Shown: in pieces, positions 1 to 9,112 of the stretch
Layout: each line of letters starts with the position of its first letter
Position numbering within the stretch: the first letter of the stretch is position 1
Origin: Eubacteriales bacterium
GTDB lineage: Bacteria; Bacillota; Clostridia; Oscillospirales; CAG-272
Direction of reading: 5' to 3'
NCBI GenBank assembly: GCA_045629745.1
Contig: JAZQRU010000044.1
Coordinates: 7,258 to 71,257 of the forward strand
DNA: 64,000 nucleotides
The notes under the pieces: model-generated
What the model was told of the DNA's origin: nothing
What the model saw: the letters and a program-made list of their open reading frames with translations, nothing else
Database searches by the model: none
Program-made: the position numbers and the translations under genes

Positions 1-23
1 AAAATAACAAAGTAGAGGTTAAT

Positions 24-1127
24 ATGAAATTACTTTTTACAGGCGGAGGCACCGCGGGGCACGTAAGCCCCGCAATAGCAATTGCGGAATATGCTAAAAA
101 AAACTTCGGCATAAACGACTTTGCTTTCGTGGGTAGGCTTGGCGGTGACGAAAACACAGCGATAATAAAAAGAAATTATAGACTTTATGAAATCGAAATT
201 TCAGGATTTTTGCGTAAAATCTCTTTTGAAAATTTTAAACGCATTATAAAGCTTTCACGCGCCTTAAAGGAAGCAAAAAAAGTAATTGCGGATTTTCACC
301 CAGATGCCGTTATCGGAACGGGAGGCTACGTATCGTGGCCTGTGATAAGAGCCGCACAAAAGGCTAAAATCCCGACCTTTATCCACGAATCAAACGCATT
401 CCCGGGACTTGTAACAAGGCTTGTATCAAAAAAATGCGACAAGGTTTTTTTGAACGTAGATAAAGCACGCGAGCATCTAAAAAGACAAGACAACGTTAAG
501 ATTGTCGGAAATCCTGTTGAAGCAAGGTTTTACAGCACGGACAGAGGGCGCGCAAGAAAGATGCTCGGAATAAAAAAGGATGAATTTCTGATAGTGTCTT
601 ACGCAGGAAGCGGCGGCGCAGAAAAAATGAATAAAATAATCCTTGAGCTAATAAAGACATATAGCTCTAAAAATCCAAAAATCAGGCATATTCACGCAAC
701 CGGAAAGAAGTACTATGAAAGAATTATAAAAAGTGCCGACTATTTTAAAAAAGAAAAAAACGGAATAAGCTTGCTTCCGTATATTGACGATTTGCATATA
801 GCGCTCAATGCCTCCGACGTTGTTATAGCAAGATGCGGAGCTATGACTCTTACGGAAATTTCCGCAAGTAAAGCCGCGGCTATTCTAATCCCATCTCCTA
901 ACGTTACAGGAAACCATCAATACAAAAACGCAAAAGCTCTTGAAGAGAAAAATGCCGCTAAAATTATCGAAGAAAAAGAGTTATCGGTTGAAACTCTGAT
1001 AAAAGAAACAGATAGTTTGATTAAAAATCCGGAAGAAAGAGAAATACTTTCAAAAAACGTATCCAAAGAATTCAAAAAGGACACGGAAAAAGAAATTTTA
1101 AAAGAAATATTGTCGTCTGCCCGATAA
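24..1127 (+). CDS. murG: Undecaprenyl-PP-MurNAc-pentapeptide UDP-GlcNAc transferase MurG
   Basis: 367-aa ORF with the N-terminal glycine loop GGGTAGHVSPAIA and a glycosyltransferase family 28 layout. It lies directly upstream of ftsZ. Confidence 0.9.
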   Translation: MKLLFTGGGTAGHVSPAIAIAEYAKKNFGINDFAFVGRLGGDENTAIIKRNYRLYEIEISGFLRKISFENFKRIIKLSRALKEAKKVIADFHPDAVIGTGGYVSWPVIRAAQKAKIPTFIHESNAFPGLVTRLVSKKCDKVFLNVDKAREHLKRQDNVKIVGNPVEARFYSTDRGRARKMLGIKKDEFLIVSYAGSGGAEKMNKIILELIKTYSSKNPKIRHIHATGKKYYERIIKSADYFKKEKNGISLLPYIDDLHIALNASDVVIARCGAMTLTEISASKAAAILIPSPNVTGNHQYKNAKALEEKNAAKIIEEKELSVETLIKETDSLIKNPEEREILSKNVSKEFKKDTEKEILKEILSSAR

Positions 1128-1182
1128 TAACGCCTGTATTTCGACAAAATTGTGAACAATCACCTAAATTAAGAAAAAATAC

Positions 1183-1211
1183 TTGAATTTAAAAGCTTTT
1201 ACCTATATAAT
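1183..1211 (+). promoter_or_regulatory. Sigma-A type promoter upstream of ftsZ
   Basis: TTGAAT, 17-nt spacer, TATAAT, about 45 nt upstream of the GGAGG RBS and ATG of ftsZ. Confidence 0.6.
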
Positions 1212-1254
1212 AATATGTAAGTAGATTTAACTATTATATATATGGGAGGCTAAT

Positions 1255-2490
1255 ATGGAATTTGATTTTGGACAGCTTTACGATTATTGCGGAGTAAATA
1301 TAAAAGTCATAGGCGTTGGCGGCGGCGGAAATAATGCCGTTAACCGTATGATATCCACTAATATACGCGGCGTTGAATTCGTTGCTATTAACACTGACGG
1401 TCAAGCGCTCGATTCCTCCTGTGCCGCAACAAAAATGGTTATCGGCGAAAAGATTACGAAGGGTAAGGGCGCAGGCTCTAATCCCGAGATAGGAAGAAGA
1501 AGTGCCGAGGAATCCATCGAGGAAATCAGAGCTTTGCTTGAAGGCACGGATATGGTTTTCATTACCGCAGGTATGGGCGGCGGTACAGGAACAGGCGCGG
1601 CTCCCGTTATTGCAAAGGTTGCAAGAGAGATGGACCTTTTAACCGTTGGTATCGTTACTAAGCCCTTCTCCTTTGAAGGTGCAAGAAGAATGCGCCAGGC
1701 AGAAGCAGGAATTGCCGAGCTTAATAAATACGTCGACTCTCTTATCGTTATTCCTAACGACAGACTTAAGAGCGTTGAAGGCACAAATATAACCCTCGCT
1801 AATGCTTTTGAAATCGCAGACGACGTGCTTCGCCGCGGAGTTCAGTCGGTTTCCGACCTTATAAATATTCCCGCATTTATTAACCTTGACTTTGCAGACG
1901 TTTCTGCTATTATGAAAAATGCAGGCTATGCACATATGGGTGTCGGTTCGGCAAAAGGACAGGACAAGGCTCAGCTTGCCGCTATGGCAGCTATTTCCTC
2001 TCCCCTTCTTGAAACTAACATCACCGGCGCAACGGGCGTTATTATGAGCATTACTACGTCACCCGACGTTCAGCTCGACGAGGTTGCTCTTGCATCTCAG
2101 CTTATTCACGGAGAGGCACACCCGAATGCAAACATAATCTGGGGCGCAAATCTCGACCCCACGCTTGATGATGAAATCAAGGTTACGATAATCGCAACCG
2201 GCTTTAATAAAACCCTTGAAGACGACGTTAAGGAAGCGATAGAAACCGTTAGCGAAAAGCGCACCCCGACTTCCTTCACGGAAAATATTTCAAGCAGCGA
2301 AACGGAAGCAGATGCGGAGCCTGTGCGCGAGGTATTCAAAAAAGCAGAAGAGCCCGTTATTCCCGTTGAGCCTATGCGTGAAGAGCCTAAAACCATCATA
2401 AACGAAATCAAGTCTGCGGATTCGGAAGAAGACGAATATGCAACTTATGAGAACATATTTGCCGACTTGAAAAAGCGCAGCAAAAAGTAA
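1255..2490 (+). CDS. ftsZ: Cell division protein FtsZ
   Basis: 411 aa with the tubulin signature [13 protein letters not shown] and [21 protein letters not shown]. Long acidic linker with an atypical C-terminal peptide, [14 protein letters not shown]. Confidence 0.97.
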   Translation: MEFDFGQLYDYCGVNIKVIGVGGGGNNAVNRMISTNIRGVEFVAINTDGQALDSSCAATKMVIGEKITKGKGAGSNPEIGRRSAEESIEEIRALLEGTDMVFITAGMGGGTGTGAAPVIAKVAREMDLLTVGIVTKPFSFEGARRMRQAEAGIAELNKYVDSLIVIPNDRLKSVEGTNITLANAFEIADDVLRRGVQSVSDLINIPAFINLDFADVSAIMKNAGYAHMGVGSAKGQDKAQLAAMAAISSPLLETNITGATGVIMSITTSPDVQLDEVALASQLIHGEAHPNANIIWGANLDPTLDDEIKVTIIATGFNKTLEDDVKEAIETVSEKRTPTSFTENISSSETEADAEPVREVFKKAEEPVIPVEPMREEPKTIINEIKSADSEEDEYATYENIFADLKKRSKK

Positions 2491-2503
2491 TTTAATAAAA
2501 ATC

Positions 2504-2547
2504 AACGCACCGTTAAGCAAGATACAGGCTTCGGTGCGTTTTTTATT
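2504..2547 (+). terminator. Intrinsic terminator after ftsZ
   Basis: 9-bp stem AACGCACCG/CGGTGCGTT followed by TTTTTATT. An A-rich 5' flank makes it potentially bidirectional. Confidence 0.8.
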
Positions 2548-2817
2548 ACAAATACAAAAAATACATTTTTCCGTTCCCAAGTTTTACACATCAGAAACCA
2601 AGACTACACAATTCCGATATGTAGAATTTACGTGAAATTTTGCATTTTTCGGGGGAATTTAGCTCAAATAACGGTTTTGTATAGTTTTTATACGGAGAAT
2701 TTCTAACCGAAAAATTGCTTGTCTCAAAATTTATCCACCGAATTCACTTTTTTAAAAAAGTTTTACACCGTTTCCAAACTTTCAAAAATCCGCATCGAAA
2801 AAGTATATTTTTAGGTA

Positions 2818-2864
2818 AAAAAGAACTGCGAATCGCTAAAGTGCGAAATCGCAGTTCCTTTTTT
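2818..2864. terminator. Bidirectional intrinsic terminator
   Basis: Stem GAACTGCGA/TCGCAGTTC flanked by an A-run on one side and T6 on the other. On the minus strand it lies just downstream of the small ORF and the MreB-like gene. Confidence 0.75.
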
Positions 2865-2884
2865 CAATTGTCTTTTGAACGTCA

Positions 2885-3004
2885 TCAACCCAAAAAAGAT
2901 ATCAAGCCAAAAACAACACTTGCAAGCATAAGCGCCGCAAGCACTCCTGCAAGAACTCTCGTTTTGATGCTGGGCTTTTTCTTGTTTTTCTCTGTGTTTT
3001 TCAT
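2885..3004 (-). CDS. Small membrane protein, 39 aa (below the ORF-track length cutoff)
   Basis: ATG at 3004 preceded by GGAG with a 6-nt spacer, directly after the TAA of the upstream gene. Translation is MKNTEKNKKKPSIKTRVLAGVLAALMLASVVFGLISFLG: a basic N-terminus plus one hydrophobic helix. The terminator follows. Confidence 0.55.
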   Translation of the reverse strand: MKNTEKNKKKPSIKTRVLAGVLAALMLASVVFGLISFLG

Positions 3005-3015
3005 ATTTATCTCCA

Positions 3016-4059
3016 TTATTTTGTTTTCTTGTTTTGTGTTGTTTTGGTTTGATAATACTTCCCTAGCTTCGCGGTAATGTTTGCATTGTTCGAGCGCATT
3101 TTTATAGGCATTATCGAGTTTACCCTTGCAAGTCCCTTAGCAACGCAATCTATAGGTGAGGTCGCCGTTATTACGGGTATATCAAAAACCTTTGTCATCA
3201 TTTTATCGAGTCCGAAAATCTCCGCGCCGCCGCCCGACAAAACTATTCCGTTTTCAAAAATTTCAGGAACAAACTCAGGCTTAATTCTTTTAACTGCATT
3301 TGCAATGGCAAGTAAAAGCTTTTGCAAGGGTTTTTCAAAAACTCCTACGACGTCTTCTGTTGATATGCTCATTCTTACGTGGCTTCCGGTTAAAGCGAGC
3401 GTTCCCTCAATATCAACGCTTTCCGATGCTTTTCCCTGCCATACCGCACCAAGACGTTCTTTAATCGTTCTTGCAACAAGCAAGGATACGTTCATATCTC
3501 CCTGTTCAAGAATGAAATCTCTGACGGCAACGTCAAACTCCTCACCGCCAACCTCTTCCTTGTGAGTATGAATAATCTTACCTTGATAAAGGATTGTTAT
3601 CTCGGTTGTTGATGCGCCTATGTTTACGGATATAACGCTCATTTCGGGCGAATATCCCGCGCCTATCAAGGCCGCAACAGACCTGTTAACCGAATAGCAT
3701 TCGTCGACTCCTGCGTCGAATAGCATTTTGAAAATCTCGCCCTCTTGCTTCGGCAAGATATCAATGGGCACACCTATTACACAACGAATTTTATCGGCAG
3801 GCTTAACCATTGCGATAAAATGATTGATTACTTCCTTTGTAATATCAGAGGAATAAAGAAGTCCGTTTTTGAATGGACGAACGAAAATGCCGGACATTGC
3901 CCCCGACTCGCACGCCTCGTTTGCCTTATTGCCTACGGAAAGGATTTTTCTTGAAGACTCATCTACTAAAACAACAGATGGCTCTCGATGCACGTCTGCG
4001 GTTATGTTACTTAACGTTATATTGGCGTAGCCAAGGTCAAGACCTATTTTAGTAGTCAT
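3016..4059 (-). CDS. Divergent MreB-family actin-like protein
   Basis: 347 aa. MreB-like blocks REPSVV, VGNKA, RPFKNG, GGEEFD, LSGGGA and DCVAKG. Phosphate motifs are altered: DLGYANI and NIGASTTE. There is an extra basic C-terminal tail. Confidence 0.75.
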   Translation of the reverse strand: MTTKIGLDLGYANITLSNITADVHREPSVVLVDESSRKILSVGNKANEACESGAMSGIFVRPFKNGLLYSSDITKEVINHFIAMVKPADKIRCVIGVPIDILPKQEGEIFKMLFDAGVDECYSVNRSVAALIGAGYSPEMSVISVNIGASTTEITILYQGKIIHTHKEEVGGEEFDVAVRDFILEQGDMNVSLLVARTIKERLGAVWQGKASESVDIEGTLALTGSHVRMSISTEDVVGVFEKPLQKLLLAIANAVKRIKPEFVPEIFENGIVLSGGGAEIFGLDKMMTKVFDIPVITATSPIDCVAKGLARVNSIMPIKMRSNNANITAKLGKYYQTKTTQNKKTK

Positions 4060-4105
4060 ACTTCTCTCCTTCCCGCAATTATTGCAAAATTTGCATTATT
4101 ATATC

Positions 4106-4134
4106 ATTATACAATATCGATGTTAAAAATTCAA
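4106..4134 (-). promoter_or_regulatory. Sigma-A type promoter for the MreB-like gene
   Basis: On the minus strand: TTGAAT, 17-nt spacer, TATAAT. A near-palindrome TGCAAATTTTGCA lies between the -10 and the RBS. Confidence 0.55.
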
Positions 4135-4153
4135 GACTATTTTAAAATTAAAA

Positions 4154-6355
4154 TCAAGCATTCCTCAAAATGCGCGCTTTTAGTGTTGTATATCTGTGTA
4201 CCTCTCTGTTATTTTTCACCATTTTCTGGGGTATATCGCATCTTCCAACTAGAATTACCATTTTTCTTGCGCGTGTTACAGCCGTATAAAAAAGGTTTCT
4301 TGTCAAAAGCATAGGCGTGCAGGAATACATAGGAATAATAACCACGGGATATTCACTTCCCTGACTTTTATGAACAGTTATGGAATATGCAAGCTCAAGC
4401 TCCTCGAGAAGCTCAAACGGATACGTTACAAGCCTATCCTCAAAAAGAATTTTCATTTCTTCGCTTTGAAGATTTATCTCTTCGATAACTCCGATATCTC
4501 CGTTGAAAATGCCAAGACCGCACCTTCCATTTTTCTCCCACTCAAGCTCGTAGTTATTCGTAATCTGCATTACCTTATCACCGACTCTGAAAGACGTGCC
4601 GTGTGCAAGCTTTTCCTTTTTGAACTTTGCAGGCGGATTTATTTTTTCTTGCAGCTTCGCGTTTAAGGCGTCAACACCGCCAACGCCTTTTTTAGACGGG
4701 GTTATAACCTGTATTTCGGAAGAAATCGATTCACCGAAGCTTTTGGGAAGCCTCTGCGCTATTAACGACGCTATCGTTTCCGGAATATCCCTCTCGTTAT
4801 CTCTTCTCACGAAGAAAAAATCCTTATCAACCGCGTTTAGAATAGGAGCTTCTCCCGTATTTATCCTGTGCGCATTCGTAACTATCAGACTCTCTTTCGA
4901 CTGCCTGAAAATTTCGTTAAGTCTTACGGTTTTCAAGACACCTGAGTCGATAAGGTCGGAAAATACGTTCCCCGCTCCAACGCTTGGAAGCTGGTCTACG
5001 TCGCCTATCAAGATAAGTCTTGCGCCCCTTTTCATTGCGGAAAGCAATGCTTCAAAAAGAAAAAGGTCTATCATAGAGGATTCGTCTACTATAATAACGT
5101 CTTGGTCAAGAGGGTTTCTTCTGTTTCTGCTAAATTTAATATTCTCGGTTTTCGTGCGCTCCATTTCAAGCATTCTGTGAATGGTTTTAGCTTCCTCCGA
5201 CGTTGCGTCGCTCATTCTCTTCGCAGCTCTTCCAGTAGGCGCGCAAAGCACGGTTTTAAGTCCCTGACTTTTAAAGATATTGAGAAGTGCCTTTACAACG
5301 GTTGTTTTTCCCGTTCCCGGACCTCCCGTCAAAATCATAACGCCCGAGGAAATCGCTTCGTAAATAGCTTTTCGCTGAAGCGAGGCGTATTCTATACCGA
5401 AATTTGACTCCGCTTTCTCTATAAGCATCAAGCTGTCTTCTTTGGAAAGAAAAGCTATTCCGCTATCCAATGCTTTTACTTTTTTTGCTATATATGCTTC
5501 GGCATCCGCAACCTCTTTCGTCATTACGTATTCAGTGCCATCTGCTCTGAAAGAATCCAGTTTACCGTTATTTATAAATTCGCGAAGCATAGCTTCCATA
5601 TCTTTTAGGCTTATCGTAAGAAGCGTTGCCGCCGCTACCGCGAGCTTTTCATAAGGCAGCGCCGTATGACCGTTATTCGAGGCATTTGAGGCTAGAACGC
5701 ACTTTATACCGCTTAATACTCGGGATTTATTGTTAGGCTCGATACACAAGCTTTTGGCGAGCGCATCCGCCTTTTCAAATGAAACTCCAAAATCGTTTTC
5801 ACAAAGCACGTAAGGGTTATTCTGTATCATTTCAACGGCATCCGAGCCAAACGCCTTATATACCTTAGCAATTTCTCCGCTTCCAATATAATCCTTGCAA
5901 AACATCATTAAGGTGCGCATTCCGCTTTGCTCACGGAAGGCTTCGGAAATTGCCGACGCCTTTTTCATAGTTATACCGGGAATATTTGCAAGCCACTCGG
6001 GGTGGTTTTCAATAACGTCGAAGCTGTTTTCTCCGAATTTGTTTACGATTTTAAGAGCAGTTACGGGACCTATTCCCTTTACACTGCGGGAAGAAAGGTA
6101 TTGCAATATTCCGTCAACGCCTTCAGGCAGCTTTTTTTCAAAGGCGGAAAAGGAGAATTGACGTCCGAAATCCTTATGGAAGGTCCAATAACCCGTAAGA
6201 ATAACGTTTTCGCCCTCAGAAGGAAAAGGAATAATGCCGACGGCGGTAACTAGAAGATTATCTTTATCTATTATTTCTATTACGCAATAATCGTTTTCTT
6301 CATTTCTGAAAACTATGTTTTCAATTATACCGTTTAGTCTTTCAAGCTTCTCCAT
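4154..6355 (-). CDS. recD2: ATP-dependent RecD-like DNA helicase (RecD2, SF1B)
   Basis: 733 aa. Walker A GGPGTGKTT, DESSM Walker B, an N-terminal OB/HhH region and a C-terminal SH3-like region with TVHKSQGSE. Confidence 0.9.
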   Translation of the reverse strand: MEKLERLNGIIENIVFRNEENDYCVIEIIDKDNLLVTAVGIIPFPSEGENVILTGYWTFHKDFGRQFSFSAFEKKLPEGVDGILQYLSSRSVKGIGPVTALKIVNKFGENSFDVIENHPEWLANIPGITMKKASAISEAFREQSGMRTLMMFCKDYIGSGEIAKVYKAFGSDAVEMIQNNPYVLCENDFGVSFEKADALAKSLCIEPNNKSRVLSGIKCVLASNASNNGHTALPYEKLAVAAATLLTISLKDMEAMLREFINNGKLDSFRADGTEYVMTKEVADAEAYIAKKVKALDSGIAFLSKEDSLMLIEKAESNFGIEYASLQRKAIYEAISSGVMILTGGPGTGKTTVVKALLNIFKSQGLKTVLCAPTGRAAKRMSDATSEEAKTIHRMLEMERTKTENIKFSRNRRNPLDQDVIIVDESSMIDLFLFEALLSAMKRGARLILIGDVDQLPSVGAGNVFSDLIDSGVLKTVRLNEIFRQSKESLIVTNAHRINTGEAPILNAVDKDFFFVRRDNERDIPETIASLIAQRLPKSFGESISSEIQVITPSKKGVGGVDALNAKLQEKINPPAKFKKEKLAHGTSFRVGDKVMQITNNYELEWEKNGRCGLGIFNGDIGVIEEINLQSEEMKILFEDRLVTYPFELLEELELAYSITVHKSQGSEYPVVIIPMYSCTPMLLTRNLFYTAVTRARKMVILVGRCDIPQKMVKNNREVHRYTTLKARILRNA

Positions 6356-6439
6356 ATTGCGCCCTCCTCTCTTTTTAAATTCTTATATTAAATTATATCA
6401 TAAAAGCTCAGTTATTTCAATAGTCAAGCTTGCCAAAAA

Positions 6440-7336
6440 TCAGATTATTGACGCCTTATATTCGCTCGGACTCATACCCGTACAGCTGCGGAAAAATTTT
6501 GAGAAATACTGAGGATTGTCAAATCCCAATTTATCGGCGATTTGCGACATATTGAAGTTTCCCTCGCGAATAAGCTTTTTCGCTTCATTTATTTTAAGTG
6601 AATTAAAATACTTTATTATTCCGCCGTCTTGATACGTGGAAAAAAGGTTTTTAACAGTGCTTTCGCTTTTTCCGAAATACTCCGCGATAGTTGCAACAGT
6701 CATTTTCTTTTCAATATTTTCTTCAAGATAATCAAGCATTGCCTTTAATTCATAAGGTATTTCGACGCCGTTTATACGGTAGCTTCTTCTCTTCTTTTTA
6801 GTAAGCATCTCTTTATTGCGTCTTAGCTTTATCAAAAATATTTCCAAAAGGTTTTTGGTTATCTGAGATGCGCCTATAGGAGCGCCGTCTATTTTTTCAA
6901 GGCACTGAAGCAAAGGATTTTTTTCGTCAACGAGGCGAAAGGCGGAAAGTCCTTCTGAAAAAAGCATCGACAGAAGCGCCTTTTCCTCAGAGTTAAGCTT
7001 GAAAATTTTTCCCTCAAAGTATTTCATTTCTCGGCTTTTGGTTTCAAACGTTATAATACTTACGTTAGGAGCTACGCTTTTGTTTCCCGAAAGATTGTGA
7101 AATTCGTTAGGCTTATGAAAGGTAAGCTCTCCGCTTTTTAAAACGAAGCGGTTTTTATCTGCGGTGCAAACCATTTCTCCCTTGTCGATATACACCATTT
7201 CCCAGAAATCGTGGCTCTCTCCGCCGTATTCAAAGTTCTTTGAGAATTCCATATAAAATATGGTTATAAGCTTTTCAATATTGAAAATTTTTTCAAAGCC
7301 CATTCTTGTAAAATTGTTTTCCATAAAAAACCTCAT
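6440..7336 (-). CDS. AraC family transcriptional regulator (cupin sensor plus HTH)
   Basis: 298 aa. The C-terminal AraC HTH reads QIADKLGFDNPQYFSKFFRSCTGMSPSEYK. Divergent from the sugar operon. Confidence 0.88.
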   Translation of the reverse strand: MRFFMENNFTRMGFEKIFNIEKLITIFYMEFSKNFEYGGESHDFWEMVYIDKGEMVCTADKNRFVLKSGELTFHKPNEFHNLSGNKSVAPNVSIITFETKSREMKYFEGKIFKLNSEEKALLSMLFSEGLSAFRLVDEKNPLLQCLEKIDGAPIGASQITKNLLEIFLIKLRRNKEMLTKKKRRSYRINGVEIPYELKAMLDYLEENIEKKMTVATIAEYFGKSESTVKNLFSTYQDGGIIKYFNSLKINEAKKLIREGNFNMSQIADKLGFDNPQYFSKFFRSCTGMSPSEYKASII

Positions 7337-7390
7337 TGTCTGATTTTATAAATATTATAACCGATTTTGCATTCCATTGCAATAGCTTTG

Positions 7391-7399
7391 TGATATAAT
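7391..7399 (+). promoter_or_regulatory. Extended -10 promoter element of the amino-sugar operon
   Basis: TGaTATAAT with no properly spaced -35, consistent with activator (AraC) dependence. ATTGCA half-sites are repeated just upstream. Confidence 0.4.
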
Positions 7400-7431
7400 T
7401 TAATTGTAAATGTTTTATAAAAGAGTTAGTT

Positions 7432-8139
7432 ATGTATAATGTTTTAGCTATCAGCTGCCACCCCGACGATATGGAAATACATTGCGGCGGCACGCTTTTG
7501 AAATGCAAAGAGAGAGGCGACAACGTAACCGTATGTAACGTGGCAAACGGAAATATGGGACACGTTGTTCTCGAACCTGACGAATTACGCAAGGTAAGAC
7601 GCGCCGAGGCTGACGCTTCCGCTGCCCTTGCAGGCTTTACGGCAACTACCTGCGATATCGGTGACCTTTACGTAAATTCCGCAGACAGAGAGCAGCACGA
7701 TAAAATCGTTGAAATCATCAGACGTGCAAAGCCCGATTTTATCATTACTCACGCACCTAACGACTATATGATAGACCACGTGGAAACCTCAAAGCTTGTT
7801 TTCTACGCGTCGTTTTCCGCGAGTGTTCCCCATTACCGCCCCGACCTTGGCGAAGCAACACCCGTAACTCCTATTTTCTATATGGATAATTCCGCCTATA
7901 TAGATTTTGAGCCCGAAATATACGTCGATATAAGCGACGTTATAGATAAGAAGCTCGAAATGCTTGCCTGCCACAAGAGTCAGGTAGTTTGGCTTATGGA
8001 CCACGATGGCAAAGACGTTGTTGAAGAAGCTCGTCTTGCATCTAAATTCCGCGGCGGTCAGGCTTGTGTTCAATATGCAGAATGCTTCAAAATCTGCAAA
8101 GCAGACCTACGACTTACAACTAAACGTTTACTTCCCTAA
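7432..8139 (+). CDS. PIG-L/LmbE family N-acetyl-sugar deacetylase
   Basis: 235 aa with the family signature AISCHPDDMEIHCGGT near the N-terminus. Confidence 0.85.
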   Translation: MYNVLAISCHPDDMEIHCGGTLLKCKERGDNVTVCNVANGNMGHVVLEPDELRKVRRAEADASAALAGFTATTCDIGDLYVNSADREQHDKIVEIIRRAKPDFIITHAPNDYMIDHVETSKLVFYASFSASVPHYRPDLGEATPVTPIFYMDNSAYIDFEPEIYVDISDVIDKKLEMLACHKSQVVWLMDHDGKDVVEEARLASKFRGGQACVQYAECFKICKADLRLTTKRLLP

Positions 8140-8163
8140 AAATAAATATAAGAGGTGACTAAA

Positions 8164-9111
8164 ATGAACTTTAATTCTACTGTAAAAGGCTCAGAGCTCG
8201 AGGGTTTCTATCCTCAAGGCTGGGACTTCGACAAAATCGACGCGTGCATCGACGCTCCTGAAAAAATTACCGAGCGCCAGAGCTTCTGGAACGACGGCTT
8301 TACCCCTGTTAAGTGCGATTCTCTCGGAGAATTTGAAACCTATATGGGACACGAGATTGCAATGCAGATAAAGCTTGCAAAGGAAAGAGGCGAAAAAATC
8401 GCTTTCATTCTTCCCGTAGGTCCTATGGGTATGTATAAGTGGGTTGTTTACTTCCTCCGCGAGTGGCGCGTAAGCTGCGAGCACGTTTACACCTTCAATA
8501 TGGACGAGTGGGCTGATTCCGAGGGTAACACTCTTGCACCAGATAACAGCGGAGCTTTCCAGTACGCTATGGAAAAAGCTCTTTTCGAGCCTCTTGGCGA
8601 GCTTACCGTTCCCGCATCTCACAGAAACTTCGCAACCAAGGCTAATCTTCCCACATATCCCGAAAAAATTGCCGCACTTAAGGCAGAGGGCGCAAAGCTC
8701 GTTCTCGTTTACGGTATAGGAAGAATGTGCCATATCGCATTCTGGGAGCCGACCTTTGCGGCAGATTACGAAAGCGCTTCCGACTGGGAAAAAGCGCCTT
8801 ACAGAATTGCGGCTAAAATCCATCCCTTGACTGTTGAGCAGAACGCACTCACCAGCTTTAAATCCAGAACAACTCTCGTTCCGTGCCGTGCTAACACCAT
8901 AGGCCCCGGCCTTTTCTTACAGGCAGATTACGCTATAGGCGGAGCAGACGGAACTCTCGGACGCGGAATGCAGTGGCAGGGTATGTCGCTTTGGATGACT
9001 CTCCGTCACGGAAAGACTCCTTGGATAACCTCTTCCTATATCCCCACTCTTCCCGGCAGACTCTTCTTCCTTGCAGACCTTGCAGGTCCTCTCGTAGCGG
9101 AGTGCAACTAA
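8164..9111 (+). CDS. NagB/AgaI-like sugar-phosphate isomerase/deaminase family protein
   Basis: The Glucosamine_iso-type core includes FILPVGPMG and NMDEWAD. I place the start at ATG 8164 (AGAGG RBS with about 8-nt spacing). The GTG at 8155 used by the track lies inside that RBS. Confidence 0.75.
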   Translation: MNFNSTVKGSELEGFYPQGWDFDKIDACIDAPEKITERQSFWNDGFTPVKCDSLGEFETYMGHEIAMQIKLAKERGEKIAFILPVGPMGMYKWVVYFLREWRVSCEHVYTFNMDEWADSEGNTLAPDNSGAFQYAMEKALFEPLGELTVPASHRNFATKANLPTYPEKIAALKAEGAKLVLVYGIGRMCHIAFWEPTFAADYESASDWEKAPYRIAAKIHPLTVEQNALTSFKSRTTLVPCRANTIGPGLFLQADYAIGGADGTLGRGMQWQGMSLWMTLRHGKTPWITSSYIPTLPGRLFFLADLAGPLVAECN

Positions 9112-9112
9112 T

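Noticed and set aside
1401-2580. Several 96-127-aa minus-strand ORFs inside ftsZ. Similar antisense or shadow ORFs lie inside nearly every large gene in the track, for example 3077-3565, 4596-5180, 10393-10950, 30338-30986, 35625-35939 and 55927-56556.
   Set aside because: They lie wholly inside, and antisense or out of frame to, genes with unmistakable conserved motifs. They have no RBS and low-complexity or odd composition. These are typical shadow ORFs.
2715-3077. 120-aa plus-strand ORF between ftsZ and the MreB-like gene.
   Set aside because: It runs through a bidirectional terminator and antisense across the small membrane ORF and the end of the MreB-like gene. It has a TTG start, no RBS and a repetitive F/L/K-rich product.
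4154-6355. RecD2 helicase as part of a defence system (for example Gabija- or Hachiman-like helicase modules).
   Set aside because: It has full-length canonical RecD2 architecture with a HhH N-domain, is a single gene, and is flanked by housekeeping and metabolic genes.
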